Virus record (IMG/VR): IMGVR_UViG_3300033121_000366
DNA length: 64,000 nucleotides
Origin: an uncultured virus (IMG/VR IMGVR_UViG_3300033121_000366)
Taxonomy: Duplodnaviria > Heunggongvirae > Uroviricota > Caudoviricetes
Reading direction: 5' to 3' (one strand)
The position numbers and the translations under genes were made by a program. Under the pieces are notes generated by a model. That model did not search any database, had not been told where the DNA came from, and saw nothing but the letters and a program-made list of their open reading frames with translations. Positions 10,060 through 18,937 of this stretch are shown here, one piece after another (the first letter of the stretch is position 1; each line of letters begins with the position of its first letter).

Positions 10060-10313
10060 TATTCATCCTCCAAATAACTTAGAAAATCGCCAGTCTCTTC
10101 TAGTGTATATTCTATACTACGTACCATTACACCTTCTATTGTTTCATCATCTATAAAATTGATAACATGATTAAAAAATACATCTTCGTGTATAATTTTT
10201 GCAATACCAACATCTTCTTTCATAGAATCGGCAATTTCTAATATTGTTTTCTTTTTAATCGTAATGATTATATCTTCATCATTTTGACTAAATTGTATGT
10301 AATATGGTTCCAT
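10059..10313 (-). CDS. hypothetical acidic protein
   Basis: Packed ORF. Confidence 0.6.
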   Translation of the reverse strand: MEPYYIQFSQNDEDIIITIKKKTILEIADSMKEDVGIAKIIHEDVFFNHVINFIDDETIEGVMVRSIEYTLEETGDFLSYLEDE

Positions 10314-10315
10314 AA

Positions 10316-11470
10316 TTATCCTTTGATAGTATTTTGTATTTCAAAAATTAATGCTAATAGAGCTAATGGTGGATCAATTATTTGAGTTTTTAAAAACTGA
10401 TAATTAACGGTGTGTAATGTTATCTTTGGTATAAATTTTACTAAACTTGGTTGATTTTCAATTATCCAATCACAAAATTCTGTACCTAAACTTAGGAAGA
10501 CATCATCAATTTTATTAGAATAATCTGTCATTATAGTTTTATAAGTTTTTTGAGTATCAATATCTTTAGAAATTGCTAAATTAAATATATCATTAAAAGT
10601 ATAATTTAATGTTTTAATATTATCCATTGTGACTGTACCACAATTAGAATCTCTAAAGTCTTGTAATTTTCTAACAATAGATCTTAAATCCGGGAAATTC
10701 TTTTTTATAAACATTCTCAATACTTCATCATTTTCCCATTCTATGCCTAATTTAGGACTAAGCATATTTACACGCTTCATGTATTTTGAATATAATTCTT
10801 CTTCCTCTTCGGAATTCTTAGGATCAAATTCTAAAATTAGAAATCTACTTTTAATCGGGTCTGGTAAATTATTAAGATAATTACAAGTTGCTATAAATTT
10901 TATATGTGGGTATTTTTCAGAAGCAGCACGAAATGCTTGATAAAAATCATTAGTTGCACCATCAAACTCATCTAATAAAACATATTTAGAAGCATTTGTA
11001 CCTTTGGTACTATAAGTTACACAATATCCCATAATCTTATCTCTAACTGTACCAATACCTCTTTCTTCAGAAGCATTAATATAAAGATAATCATCATCTG
11101 CAACCAAAAGTTTCATTAAAGAAGTATTGTGTGATAATATACCATTAGTATAATATCTATGGTTTGAATTATCAGGCAATTCTAAATCGTACATATTATC
11201 AGAAATATAAGTTTTTTCTATACTTCTTATTTCTTCTAATCCTAAAATAGATTGTATTTTATCATTTATTTTTAAATCTTTAACATAAATTTCATTCATG
11301 TTTTCATCAAATACTATATGAGTATCTGCACATTCTAATGAATAATTTTCAGTCCTTACCTTCCATATAAGATATGGAATAGTTTTATGTATAAAATTAA
11401 TATCTACAAAACCATTATCAGTTTCAATTTCATAATCTGATATTTTTTTACTATCAACAAATTTTTTCAT
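10316..11470 (-). CDS. gp44: clamp loader AAA+ subunit (gp44-like), C-terminal fragment fused to split-intein C-half
   Basis: Intein blocks then ILSHN|TS; YINASEERGI, LLDEFD, ATCNY, SRF, FPDLRS RFC-type motifs. Confidence 0.92.
   Translation of the reverse strand: MKKFVDSKKISDYEIETDNGFVDINFIHKTIPYLIWKVRTENYSLECADTHIVFDENMNEIYVKDLKINDKIQSILGLEEIRSIEKTYISDNMYDLELPDNSNHRYYTNGILSHNTSLMKLLVADDDYLYINASEERGIGTVRDKIMGYCVTYSTKGTNASKYVLLDEFDGATNDFYQAFRAASEKYPHIKFIATCNYLNNLPDPIKSRFLILEFDPKNSEEEEELYSKYMKRVNMLSPKLGIEWENDEVLRMFIKKNFPDLRSIVRKLQDFRDSNCGTVTMDNIKTLNYTFNDIFNLAISKDIDTQKTYKTIMTDYSNKIDDVFLSLGTEFCDWIIENQPSLVKFIPKITLHTVNYQFLKTQIIDPPLALLALIFEIQNTIKG
11126..11470 (-). mobile_element. split intein C-half (115 aa) of gp44
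   Basis: Block B CADTH, block F MYDLEL, terminal SHN followed by Thr+1. Confidence 0.92.
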
Positions 11471-12626
11471 TTTTTATTCCTATAAATTCTAAACATTTAT
11501 CAATTTCTTTATTTGGATCATTAATATAATCAGATTCCCATATAACTAATATATCGTATCCATATTTTTTAGCAGTATCTATTTTAACGCGATCTTTATC
11601 CCATATTTCTTTAGCTGTAAGTTTTATAACTGGATGATAAAAATCTTCTTTAAAGTAAGAAGGATTGCAGTGCCAAAAATCTCCATTATATTCTATAATT
11701 TTTTTATTAAATGTAAAATCATATTTATAATGTATACCATTTTTATCAGTTATAAACTTTTCATTTTTACCATATTTAATACTTTCATGTATTTTTATAT
11801 CTATATTTGATAATATATCATTTATAAAAATTTCTGATGATTTAGATACACCATTTGATATACATGTATATTTATTAAATACTTTCTTTTTCCATTCACT
11901 TTGTCTGTTGTTATATTTTTTAGTACCTTCATTTTTACCATATTTTTCTATACATTTTTCTAATGTAAATGTAGTTTGTCTTTCCTTTAACATTTCAATA
12001 GCTTCTGTATTAGAATAACCTTTATCTAACCAATACTGTAATCGTGTTGTAGTTTTTCGTTTATTATAATCTATGAATTTAGATTTATTTTGTATTTCGG
12101 ATACTTTTTTTAAAGCATCTTCTTCAGAATACCCATTATTAATCCAATACTCAACACATCTAATAGATGATTTTTTAAAATAATTTTTTCTTATATCAAA
12201 TGCCTCTTCTTCTGAACAATTATAATTATTTTTTATCCAATCTATACTAGTGATAGTATGATTCATGTTTTTTCTATTAATACCTGTTGTATTTTTAATT
12301 TGGATAGAACTTATATTTTTAATAGCATCTTCTTTTGAAAATCCTCTTTTTAACCAGTATTCTACACAAAATTTGCTACTATTTCTTTTTGATAAAATTA
12401 CATTTTTTTCATACTCATCATATACTATTTTAGGTAATAAAAAACTTAAATATTCTCTATGTTTAATATCATATGAATTCGATTTACAATCATCATTAGA
12501 ACATTTTATGATATTATTAACTTTTTTCTGATTTTTTTCTATTACTAAATCACTACCACATTTACATTTCAAATGTTTTTCATCATACTCAAATCTAAAT
12601 TTTTTAGATATTATGTTATATTTCAT
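11454..12626 (-). CDS. free-standing Vsr-like (EDxHD/Hef-type) homing endonuclease
   Basis: YW...GYS.E.A repeats; YDF..IIEYNGDFWH..W.KD..GY..LVIWESD C-terminal domain. Confidence 0.85.
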   Translation of the reverse strand: MKYNIISKKFRFEYDEKHLKCKCGSDLVIEKNQKKVNNIIKCSNDDCKSNSYDIKHREYLSFLLPKIVYDEYEKNVILSKRNSSKFCVEYWLKRGFSKEDAIKNISSIQIKNTTGINRKNMNHTITSIDWIKNNYNCSEEEAFDIRKNYFKKSSIRCVEYWINNGYSEEDALKKVSEIQNKSKFIDYNKRKTTTRLQYWLDKGYSNTEAIEMLKERQTTFTLEKCIEKYGKNEGTKKYNNRQSEWKKKVFNKYTCISNGVSKSSEIFINDILSNIDIKIHESIKYGKNEKFITDKNGIHYKYDFTFNKKIIEYNGDFWHCNPSYFKEDFYHPVIKLTAKEIWDKDRVKIDTAKKYGYDILVIWESDYINDPNKEIDKCLEFIGIKNEKIC

Positions 12627-12629
12627 ATA

Positions 12630-12657
12630 ATATTTTTATTTTATATATTAAAAATAT
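12630..12657 (-). promoter_or_regulatory. AATATATA promoter-like motif in a hairpin upstream of endonuclease
   Basis: ATATTTTTA/TAAAAATAT inverted repeat 3 nt upstream of ATG. Confidence 0.6.
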
Positions 12658-12676
12658 AGTGTATAATATTATATTT

Positions 12677-12922
12677 TCAGGCAATGTTGGTATCATTAAA
12701 AAATTCTTCAATTTCTATTATTTTTATTTTACCAGTTTCTTTATGTCTTATTTTTATAAGAGTATTACCTAAAATGCACTTACCAATACCAGCTTTTCCA
12801 CAAAACAACATATTCTGCTCCACATTACCATCACCCATAGAATTTCTAACTCTATCCAAAAGGATGATATGTTTTAATGTTGTTGGTCTTAGTTTTTCTG
12901 TTAACTGCTGTTCGAATACCAT
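12677..12922 (-). CDS. gp44: clamp loader gp44 N-terminal fragment fused to 33-aa split-intein N-half
   Basis: EKLRP motif, Walker A GKAGIGK then C-ILGNTLI intein block A. Confidence 0.92.
   Translation of the reverse strand: MVFEQQLTEKLRPTTLKHIILLDRVRNSMGDGNVEQNMLFCGKAGIGKCILGNTLIKIRHKETGKIKIIEIEEFFNDTNIA
12680..12778 (-). mobile_element. split intein N-half (33 aa) of gp44
   Basis: CILGNTLIKI...IEIEEFF directly after Walker A Lys. Confidence 0.9.
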
Positions 12923-12967
12923 TTTTCAATCCAATATAAAATGTAAAATTGCTTAACTAATATAATT

Positions 12968-12996
12968 CTTATACGTTTAAAATTTATTTTTGTTTA
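12968..12996 (-). promoter_or_regulatory. early/middle-type promoter TAAACA-N17-TATAAG
   Basis: Same motif and spacing at four intergenic sites. Confidence 0.65.
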
Positions 12997-13009
12997 AAAT
13001 AAAAATAAA

Positions 13010-13417
13010 TTATTTTGCTACAAAACATAATTCCAAATCAATTAATGGAGAATAGTCTTTTGTAGTATCAATTTCAAGACATTCCCAACCATATAAAGGT
13101 TTACCATTCCAAAATGATTGGAACATATTATCAACAATAACATCAGGTATAAAACCTCTATAAAATATAGCCAAATCTTTATATGTTCCAGTTAATTCAT
13201 CAAATCTATCATTAAAATAATCAAATAATTTATCATTGTACAATCTTTCACCTTCTTTATAATAAAAGTTATATCTATCTATACCCTCTACCATTGGTAT
13301 GGTATCTTTCATCCATTCATAAATTTCGTTTTCATTATTTGCCAATAAAAAACATATAATATTATCTTCTATGCGGTTTTGTATATACCGTCTAACCATT
13401 ATTTTATATAAGTTCAT
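13010..13417 (-). CDS. hypothetical protein
   Basis: Packed ORF. Confidence 0.65.
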   Translation of the reverse strand: MNLYKIMVRRYIQNRIEDNIICFLLANNENEIYEWMKDTIPMVEGIDRYNFYYKEGERLYNDKLFDYFNDRFDELTGTYKDLAIFYRGFIPDVIVDNMFQSFWNGKPLYGWECLEIDTTKDYSPLIDLELCFVAK

Positions 13418-13715
13418 TATATTTATTTAATAGATGTGGATTTTTAGATAGAAATTTTTTATATGTTATAGATTTTAATTTAAACTCATTACATGTTAAA
13501 CAAAAATTATACCAATCAAATATGGAATATTTTTTTACATCATGATGTAAATCTAACATTATATCATTAAAACTAAAATAATAATCGCCGAGCATAATCA
13601 CGCCAGACCAATCATCTACAACCGCAAATTCTATAGAAAGATCATGCTTTCTTGCAAAAAGTTTTACTAATTTTTTGCAATGTTTTTGTATATCTTCTTT
13701 TTTAAATTGTTTCAT
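13404..13715 (-). CDS. hypothetical protein (probable start MKQFKKE)
   Basis: ORF. Confidence 0.6.
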   Translation of the reverse strand: MKQFKKEDIQKHCKKLVKLFARKHDLSIEFAVVDDWSGVIMLGDYYFSFNDIMLDLHHDVKKYSIFDWYNFCLTCNEFKLKSITYKKFLSKNPHLLNKYNELI

Positions 13716-13810
13716 GTTATTTAAATAATAAAAATGCGATAAAAAATCCAACAAACATAGCACAAATAACAATAAATAATATTGTTAGTATTATTTTTTT
13801 AAAATATTCA

Positions 13811-14035
13811 TCAAAATTCATCTTTATCATCCTCTAATTCTTTCAATTTTAAATAAAATTCATAACCACACACAATCTGATTATATATATGTGGTCTTTT
13901 AAAATATTCATGTTGTCTGTATATTTCAGGTATTATATCTTCACTATTCATATCTCCAATTTTATGAATATTTTTTTGAATTTGTTCTATGAGATTCATA
14001 TTTTGTATAATAAATTGTCTTAGTTTATTGTACAT
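13811..14035 (-). CDS. hypothetical protein
   Basis: ORF. Confidence 0.5.
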   Translation of the reverse strand: MYNKLRQFIIQNMNLIEQIQKNIHKIGDMNSEDIIPEIYRQHEYFKRPHIYNQIVCGYEFYLKLKELEDDKDEF

Positions 14036-14086
14036 TTATTGGTTTATCATACCAACTAAGACAATAACCAAGACAGGGTGTCTAAG

Positions 14087-14566
14087 TTAAATAATTAAAT
14101 TAAAAAATTCCATGATATCATATTTACTTATAGCAGACTTTTCCAGCCCTTCTAATTGCATAGACTCCCATTTGTTATACCACGGTGTACCTGGCATATT
14201 AGTGAAAGATACTAGTTCTACAATATCAGTCAACCTGTACGTTTCCCATATTGATTCCAGCAGTTTTATAGTTTGTTCATCCTCATCATCTATAAATTTT
14301 TTATTTGGATCTATAGTTTTGATATAATCTTTAATTACACCGGAACCATATTTCAAAGTATTGTAATATAAATCTGGGAAAACTGGACCATAATTCCATG
14401 CCTGAACATCTTCTGAAATAAGATAAAAGCCATTTGATAATGATAAATGCCAACATTGTGATAGATAAACTAATTTATGTAGTTTATTGGAATGTAATTC
14501 AAATTCGGAGTCTAATGATTTTTTGATAAACCAATTAGATATTTGGAGGGAGGTATAAGGTATCAT
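14087..14566 (-). CDS. Panacea (DUF4065/SocA/GepA) domain protein
   Basis: KLHKLVYLSQ..H, EDVQAWNYGPVFPDLY, GTPW motifs. Confidence 0.88.
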   Translation of the reverse strand: MIPYTSLQISNWFIKKSLDSEFELHSNKLHKLVYLSQCWHLSLSNGFYLISEDVQAWNYGPVFPDLYYNTLKYGSGVIKDYIKTIDPNKKFIDDEDEQTIKLLESIWETYRLTDIVELVSFTNMPGTPWYNKWESMQLEGLEKSAISKYDIMEFFNLII

Positions 14567-14787
14567 TTATCTTTCCTTAGTTCTATTATATCTTCATCAT
14601 CCAATGGTATGATTCGTTTCTCAAATTTGATTAAAAATTTATCATCATTAATTGGTATTAAACCTGATATATATGACTCTTTTATAATAGCATCAGTATA
14701 TAACAATTCTAAATATTTAAATAATGATTTATTATTTATTTCCATATAATAATGTCTACTATCTTTATTAATCTCATATATTAACAT
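14563..14787 (-). CDS. hypothetical protein
   Basis: Packed ORF. Confidence 0.55.
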   Translation of the reverse strand: MLIYEINKDSRHYYMEINNKSLFKYLELLYTDAIIKESYISGLIPINDDKFLIKFEKRIIPLDDEDIIELRKDK

Positions 14788-15107
14788 TTTTTATTCCTAC
14801 TCTTAAATAGTTTTTTTAAAGTTATTATTTCTTGTTTTGTATCAGCTATTAATTTTGTCTTACTTTCAATCAATTGTAGTATATCATTTTTAGAATTCCA
14901 TTCTTGTATGCATCCTTGGACCATACTATATGTTTTTGTTTTATTTTCACAATTTCCACATTTTATTGTAGAAATAAATCCATATTCATCTTCATATTCT
15001 GATATATTTTTTTCTGGTATTTCACTTCCACATTTTACACAATTAGAAATATTATATTTATATTCTACAAATGTGGATGGTATTTGTTGTTTAATGGTAT
15101 ATATCAT
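14781..15107 (-). CDS. Zn-finger protein (Lar-like)
   Basis: CxxCG...CxxC...WN. Confidence 0.6.
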   Translation of the reverse strand: MIYTIKQQIPSTFVEYKYNISNCVKCGSEIPEKNISEYEDEYGFISTIKCGNCENKTKTYSMVQGCIQEWNSKNDILQLIESKTKLIADTKQEIITLKKLFKSRNKKC

Positions 15108-15216
15108 TTTTTAATTAAATATTTGAATATTTTATAGAAAGGAAAGATTATCATGATAACTAAAAAAAGAAAACTGGATATAAAACCAAAGAATGCTATA
15201 ATGATATAAATTATGT

Positions 15217-15669
15217 TCATAATTTTGAATTATCTATTGCCATTTTGATATTAGAATATTTTGGATCACCAGTTACTTCTAATCCACATATTTCTGGTAT
15301 GATAGTAAATTCACCTTTATATTCTACTTCAACAATAGCTATATCATTTCCAAAAAAATCAACTTCAATTATATAATTGGGATATCTATCATCATTAATT
15401 TTATAACGCTCTTTATATACAATCATTTTAGTAGAATTCATCATATCATAACCATCATTATATGGTATTTCATATTCATATTCGATTCTATATGATGGAT
15501 CAATAACATTTTTAAAACATAAATAACAACGTTCATGATTTATTATTCGAATTCTTAAATGTTTATTACCATCAAACATAAGATAACCTTGTTTTATGTA
15601 AGTTGGAATACCTGTAATGATATGTCTGTATTCATCACGTAATAAAAATTTTCTTTCTTTTTCAATCAT
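15217..15669 (-). CDS. CYTH-domain protein
   Basis: EKERKFL, IKQGY, LRIR, EYEYEI, EVE, EVTGDPKYSN. Confidence 0.9.
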   Translation of the reverse strand: MIEKERKFLLRDEYRHIITGIPTYIKQGYLMFDGNKHLRIRIINHERCYLCFKNVIDPSYRIEYEYEIPYNDGYDMMNSTKMIVYKERYKINDDRYPNYIIEVDFFGNDIAIVEVEYKGEFTIIPEICGLEVTGDPKYSNIKMAIDNSKL

Positions 15670-15677
15670 TTTGTTTT

Positions 15678-15959
15678 TTAATAAGTTAGTGCGTAGTAAC
15701 CATCATATGTTTCGTAACCATCATCTCTCAATGATTTTAAAATTTTAGAATTTGGTAGTTTGTGTTCTGTCCATAAATAATGGTATATCCCCTTTTCTTT
15801 GAAAAGTTTGAATGCATAACATGTTACTTGAAAATATCTAAAACCTGTTAGACGTTCTACTTCTCGTTCATACAACCATCTTACTGATTTACCACATTGA
15901 GCAGCAGAATTTGCTTGATTCTCAGTTATCATTACAGAGCCGTGCAATCCGTTTATCAT
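15678..15959 (-). CDS. hypothetical protein
   Basis: Packed ORF. Confidence 0.6.
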   Translation of the reverse strand: MINGLHGSVMITENQANSAAQCGKSVRWLYEREVERLTGFRYFQVTCYAFKLFKEKGIYHYLWTEHKLPNSKILKSLRDDGYETYDGYYALTY

Positions 15960-15961
15960 AT

Positions 15962-16396
15962 TTAATATTGTTTACCGTGTAATTTTTCTCTTGTTTTATT
16001 ATATTGTAATTTAAACATTATGTGTTTGTAAATATCAATATTAAGACCACCACACATATCAAATAATCTAATGAAAGCATCAGATATTTCATCTTCAAAA
16101 GTATCCTTTACATTCTCTTTGAAAAAATCAATATCAAATGTGTAAATAATATTTTGAATATCGTGTTCATCATATTCATCAGTATATTCAATATTCTCAC
16201 AATCGGCAATATCAACTTTACACATTCTTCCTTTTCGATGGGCTTCTATGGCTTCACCTAATTCCGAAACAACTAACATTAACATTTCACCAATATTGCG
16301 GTTGTTATCTTCTGGCCAAAAACCTTTTTCTTTATTTGCTTTATAAATATCATTTGATAATTGGTTAATATTTATTTTTTCTGGATCTGTAAGCAT
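15962..16396 (-). CDS. MazG-like nucleotide pyrophosphohydrolase
   Basis: KGFW, SELGEAIEAHRK, EDEISDAFIRLFD, YNKTR..HGK. Confidence 0.88.
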   Translation of the reverse strand: MLTDPEKININQLSNDIYKANKEKGFWPEDNNRNIGEMLMLVVSELGEAIEAHRKGRMCKVDIADCENIEYTDEYDEHDIQNIIYTFDIDFFKENVKDTFEDEISDAFIRLFDMCGGLNIDIYKHIMFKLQYNKTREKLHGKQY

Positions 16397-16411
16397 TATA
16401 ATTCCCTTGTA

Positions 16412-16822
16412 TTATTTACCTAATTCTAATTTAAGTTTTTCAAATTGTTTAATTTTTCTTTGTAATTTTTCTTCTTCTTTTTTAAGTTTTTCTTTTTTTT
16501 GTTTTTTCTTTAATTCATTAGCTTGTTCTTTTTTTGATTCAATAATATTATTGATATAATCATCAAATTCTTTATCAGTATATGAAAGTTCTTCAAGTGT
16601 TATATCTTGATAATAATATTCTGGTTCATGAAAAGTGTCTTCAACAAATTTTACTCCTATTATATTTTCAAAATTTTTATAATCATCATAAATTATTTTA
16701 GAAAATTTTACATCATATTCTAATTTTTTATTTATTTCTAATAAACGTCTTGCTCTTTTGGCAAAAAATAATTCAAATGCAATTATACCATCTATTGTTT
16801 GTTTTATTCCTGTAGTTTTCAT
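16412..16822 (-). CDS. hypothetical protein
   Basis: ORF, basic coiled-coil tail. Confidence 0.65.
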   Translation of the reverse strand: MKTTGIKQTIDGIIAFELFFAKRARRLLEINKKLEYDVKFSKIIYDDYKNFENIIGVKFVEDTFHEPEYYYQDITLEELSYTDKEFDDYINNIIESKKEQANELKKKQKKEKLKKEEEKLQRKIKQFEKLKLELGK

Positions 16823-16823
16823 A

Positions 16824-17309
16824 TCAATCCCACCACTCTTCTATGTGTTTGTCTAAAATTTTATAAAGTAATCTTCTATCTCTGGATTTCCAATGGTTCT
16901 CCCATTCCATCCATTTTTTAAATTGTTCATCTGTATATGATCTTTTACTTTTAAATGTACCATTAGTTACAATAACATCTAAATGGTTTAAATATTCTGG
17001 GTGGGTGTAATCATCAGCTATCAATCTATCTAATAATTTAATACAAAAATTGATTTGTTTAACATGTTGTTGAGTTGTTGTATGTCTATCATTTATCCTA
17101 AATAACTCGGACATACGTTTCAATTTAAATCTTAACATGATGTCAATATAAGAAAAATCCCAATCTCTATCTCTATATATCAATGGAGCATAAGTTATTA
17201 TGTTTTTTATACCATAAAAAATATCATTTATAAAATATTTAATATTCTTATAATAATACTGTATATTATCAACTATATCGAAAATAATGGAACCGAATAT
17301 TTTCTTCAT
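16824..17309 (-). CDS. conserved phage protein
   Basis: DRDWD...WWD pattern. Confidence 0.7.
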   Translation of the reverse strand: MKKIFGSIIFDIVDNIQYYYKNIKYFINDIFYGIKNIITYAPLIYRDRDWDFSYIDIMLRFKLKRMSELFRINDRHTTTQQHVKQINFCIKLLDRLIADDYTHPEYLNHLDVIVTNGTFKSKRSYTDEQFKKWMEWENHWKSRDRRLLYKILDKHIEEWWD

Positions 17310-17337
17310 TTCATATATTCAAAACGTTAAACAAAAG

Positions 17338-17412
17338 TGGAGCCACTATACAGACTCGAACTGTTGTCGGATGTTTACAAGACATCTGCTCTGCCAATTG
17401 AGCTATAGTGGC
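17338..17412 (-). tRNA. tRNA-Thr(TGT), CCA encoded
   Basis: Cloverleaf; GATGT-CTTGTAA-ACATC. Confidence 0.95.
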
Positions 17413-17417
17413 AAGGG

Positions 17418-17490
17418 AGACCTTAGTAAGATTCGAACTTACATTGCAAGTTTCGTAGACTAGCATTTTCTCCTGTTAAATTATAAGGTC
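17418..17490 (-). tRNA. tRNA-Arg(ACG)
   Basis: GACCTTA/TAAGGTC acceptor; loop CTACGAA. Confidence 0.9.
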
Positions 17491-17496
17491 ATATAG

Positions 17497-17570
17497 TAGC
17501 CACGGCAGGATTCAAACCTGCAACGATCCATTTAGAAGAAGGATGAACTATTCAGTTGTTCTACGTGGCC
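17497..17570 (-). tRNA. tRNA-Arg(TCT)
   Basis: GGCCACG/CGTGGCT; loop CTTCTAA. Confidence 0.88.
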
Positions 17571-17582
17571 ATTAAACTCGTG

Positions 17583-17668
17583 TGTACCTGAAGGGAGTCG
17601 AACCCATACGCCATTTACATAGCAGCAGATTTTAAGTCTGCGATGTCTGCCAATTTCATCACAGGTAC
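17583..17668 (-). tRNA. tRNA-Leu(TAA)
   Basis: GTACCTG/CAGGTAC; GCAGA-CTTAAAA-TCTGC; long V-arm. Confidence 0.93.
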
Positions 17669-17673
17669 ATATA

Positions 17674-18420
17674 TTATATAATTATTCCTAATATTAGAAG
17701 ATCATTTTTTTCTAAAATCTTTATTATTTTATCAGGATTTTGTTCACAAACTTTTCTCATCTTTCGTTTATCATCAACTCTACCATCTAAACTTTTCCAC
17801 CACCAACCTTTTATTTCAATATATTCATTGTTATCTGGCAAATAAAAATCTGGATAATAAGTATGTATATAATCTTTTTCATGTAGTTTATATTTTAAAT
17901 TTATTGTTTTACTTCTTATCCATTTTATAGTATTTTCATTTAAATATTCGGCGTATTTTAATTCATATGTACCTCGAACTTTAACAAAATCATTAATATA
18001 AGGGCAAAAAATCGGATAATATTTAGTTTTCACATATCCATTATTATTTTCACAGGCCTTTTGTGATAATAATTGCTTAGTTTCATTAGAATGTTTTTTA
18101 TTTAAAAATGATGGAATTATTTCTCCAGTTAAATATTTTTCATGCATTAAATTTGCATGTAAATTAACTCTTTCATCTGTATCCTTTGTTAAGCCTTTAT
18201 TCCATTTCATATTTTCTTTTATATTATCTGGTAAATTTTCATATTGAATTTTCTGAGATATCCTTGTACCATTTTCATATGAATTTTTTAAACCTTTACT
18301 ATTTTTATTTTTATTTACTAAACAAGAATTTGGAGATTTAGAACAACAAAATTTACCAGATTTTAATTGGTAATTTGCAACTAATCCACAACCAAATTGA
18401 CATAATTGAATATTTTCCAT
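17674..18420 (-). CDS. free-standing PD-(D/E)xK putative homing endonuclease
   Basis: WNKGLTK, NUMOD3-like KKHSNETK, YYPDF..YIEIKG. Confidence 0.8.
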   Translation of the reverse strand: MENIQLCQFGCGLVANYQLKSGKFCCSKSPNSCLVNKNKNSKGLKNSYENGTRISQKIQYENLPDNIKENMKWNKGLTKDTDERVNLHANLMHEKYLTGEIIPSFLNKKHSNETKQLLSQKACENNNGYVKTKYYPIFCPYINDFVKVRGTYELKYAEYLNENTIKWIRSKTINLKYKLHEKDYIHTYYPDFYLPDNNEYIEIKGWWWKSLDGRVDDKRKMRKVCEQNPDKIIKILEKNDLLILGIII

Positions 18421-18452
18421 ACATTATATTTTTTATTATAATGTATATATTT
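18419..18452 (-). promoter_or_regulatory. AATATATA motif plus hairpin covering endonuclease start
   Basis: ATACATTATA/TATAATGTAT 10-bp stem includes AT of the ATG. Confidence 0.65.
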
Positions 18453-18468
18453 AAAAAATAAAATAGTT

Positions 18469-18504
18469 TTTTTACAAACTAATGCGTCTGCCAATTACAT
18501 TATC
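18469..18504 (-). pseudogene. 5-prime half tRNA remnant (Leu-like D arm)
   Basis: TAATGTAATTGGCAGACGCATTAGTTTGTAAA; no T arm follows. Confidence 0.5.
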
Positions 18505-18841
18505 GAAATTTGGAAAATATTGGATCATTAAACATAGAACCAATATTTTTAATAGTTTCCAATCTTTCATTTCTTTCTTTTAAGATGATTGGACCAATTT
18601 CTTTATATATAAATGATAAAATACCTTCATCAATAAGTTTCTTACCTATTAAAATCGCACATAATATTTTTTCAGAAGATTCTATAGTTTGACTAAAATT
18701 ATATTTTTCATATTTTGGAGCAAATGGTATATCATTTAAATCTTGATATAATGGTATCATTTTATCTTCTTCGAGTTGATCATAAAATGATATCTTCACT
18801 TCTTTATTATCAATGCGTATTGTTTGTAGATATTCTACCAT
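18500..18841 (-). CDS. hypothetical protein
   Basis: ORF between tRNA elements. Confidence 0.6.
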   Translation of the reverse strand: MVEYLQTIRIDNKEVKISFYDQLEEDKMIPLYQDLNDIPFAPKYEKYNFSQTIESSEKILCAILIGKKLIDEGILSFIYKEIGPIILKERNERLETIKNIGSMFNDPIFSKFR

Positions 18842-18857
18842 GTTTTATTAAAAAATG

Positions 18858-18930
18858 TGGGCTTGGTAGGAGTCGAACCTACACTGTATCGTTTCTAAAA
18901 CGATTTTCTCTGCCGTTGGAATACAAACCC
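18858..18930 (-). tRNA. tRNA-Leu(TAG), short variable loop
   Basis: GGGTTTG/CAAGCCC; ATCGT-TTTAGAA-ACGAT. Confidence 0.9.
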
Positions 18931-18937
18931 ATAAATA

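Noticed and set aside
11454..12676. Group I/II intron explanation for the interrupted gp44, uvsX and gp43 genes
   Set aside because: Non-coding spacers are only about 44-53 nt and the endonuclease ORFs overlap the downstream ORFs, leaving no room for a ribozyme core; intein motifs explain the junctions
17497..17570. CTA in the anticodon region read as an amber suppressor
   Set aside because: Stem registration gives loop CT-TCT-AA, i.e. Arg(TCT)
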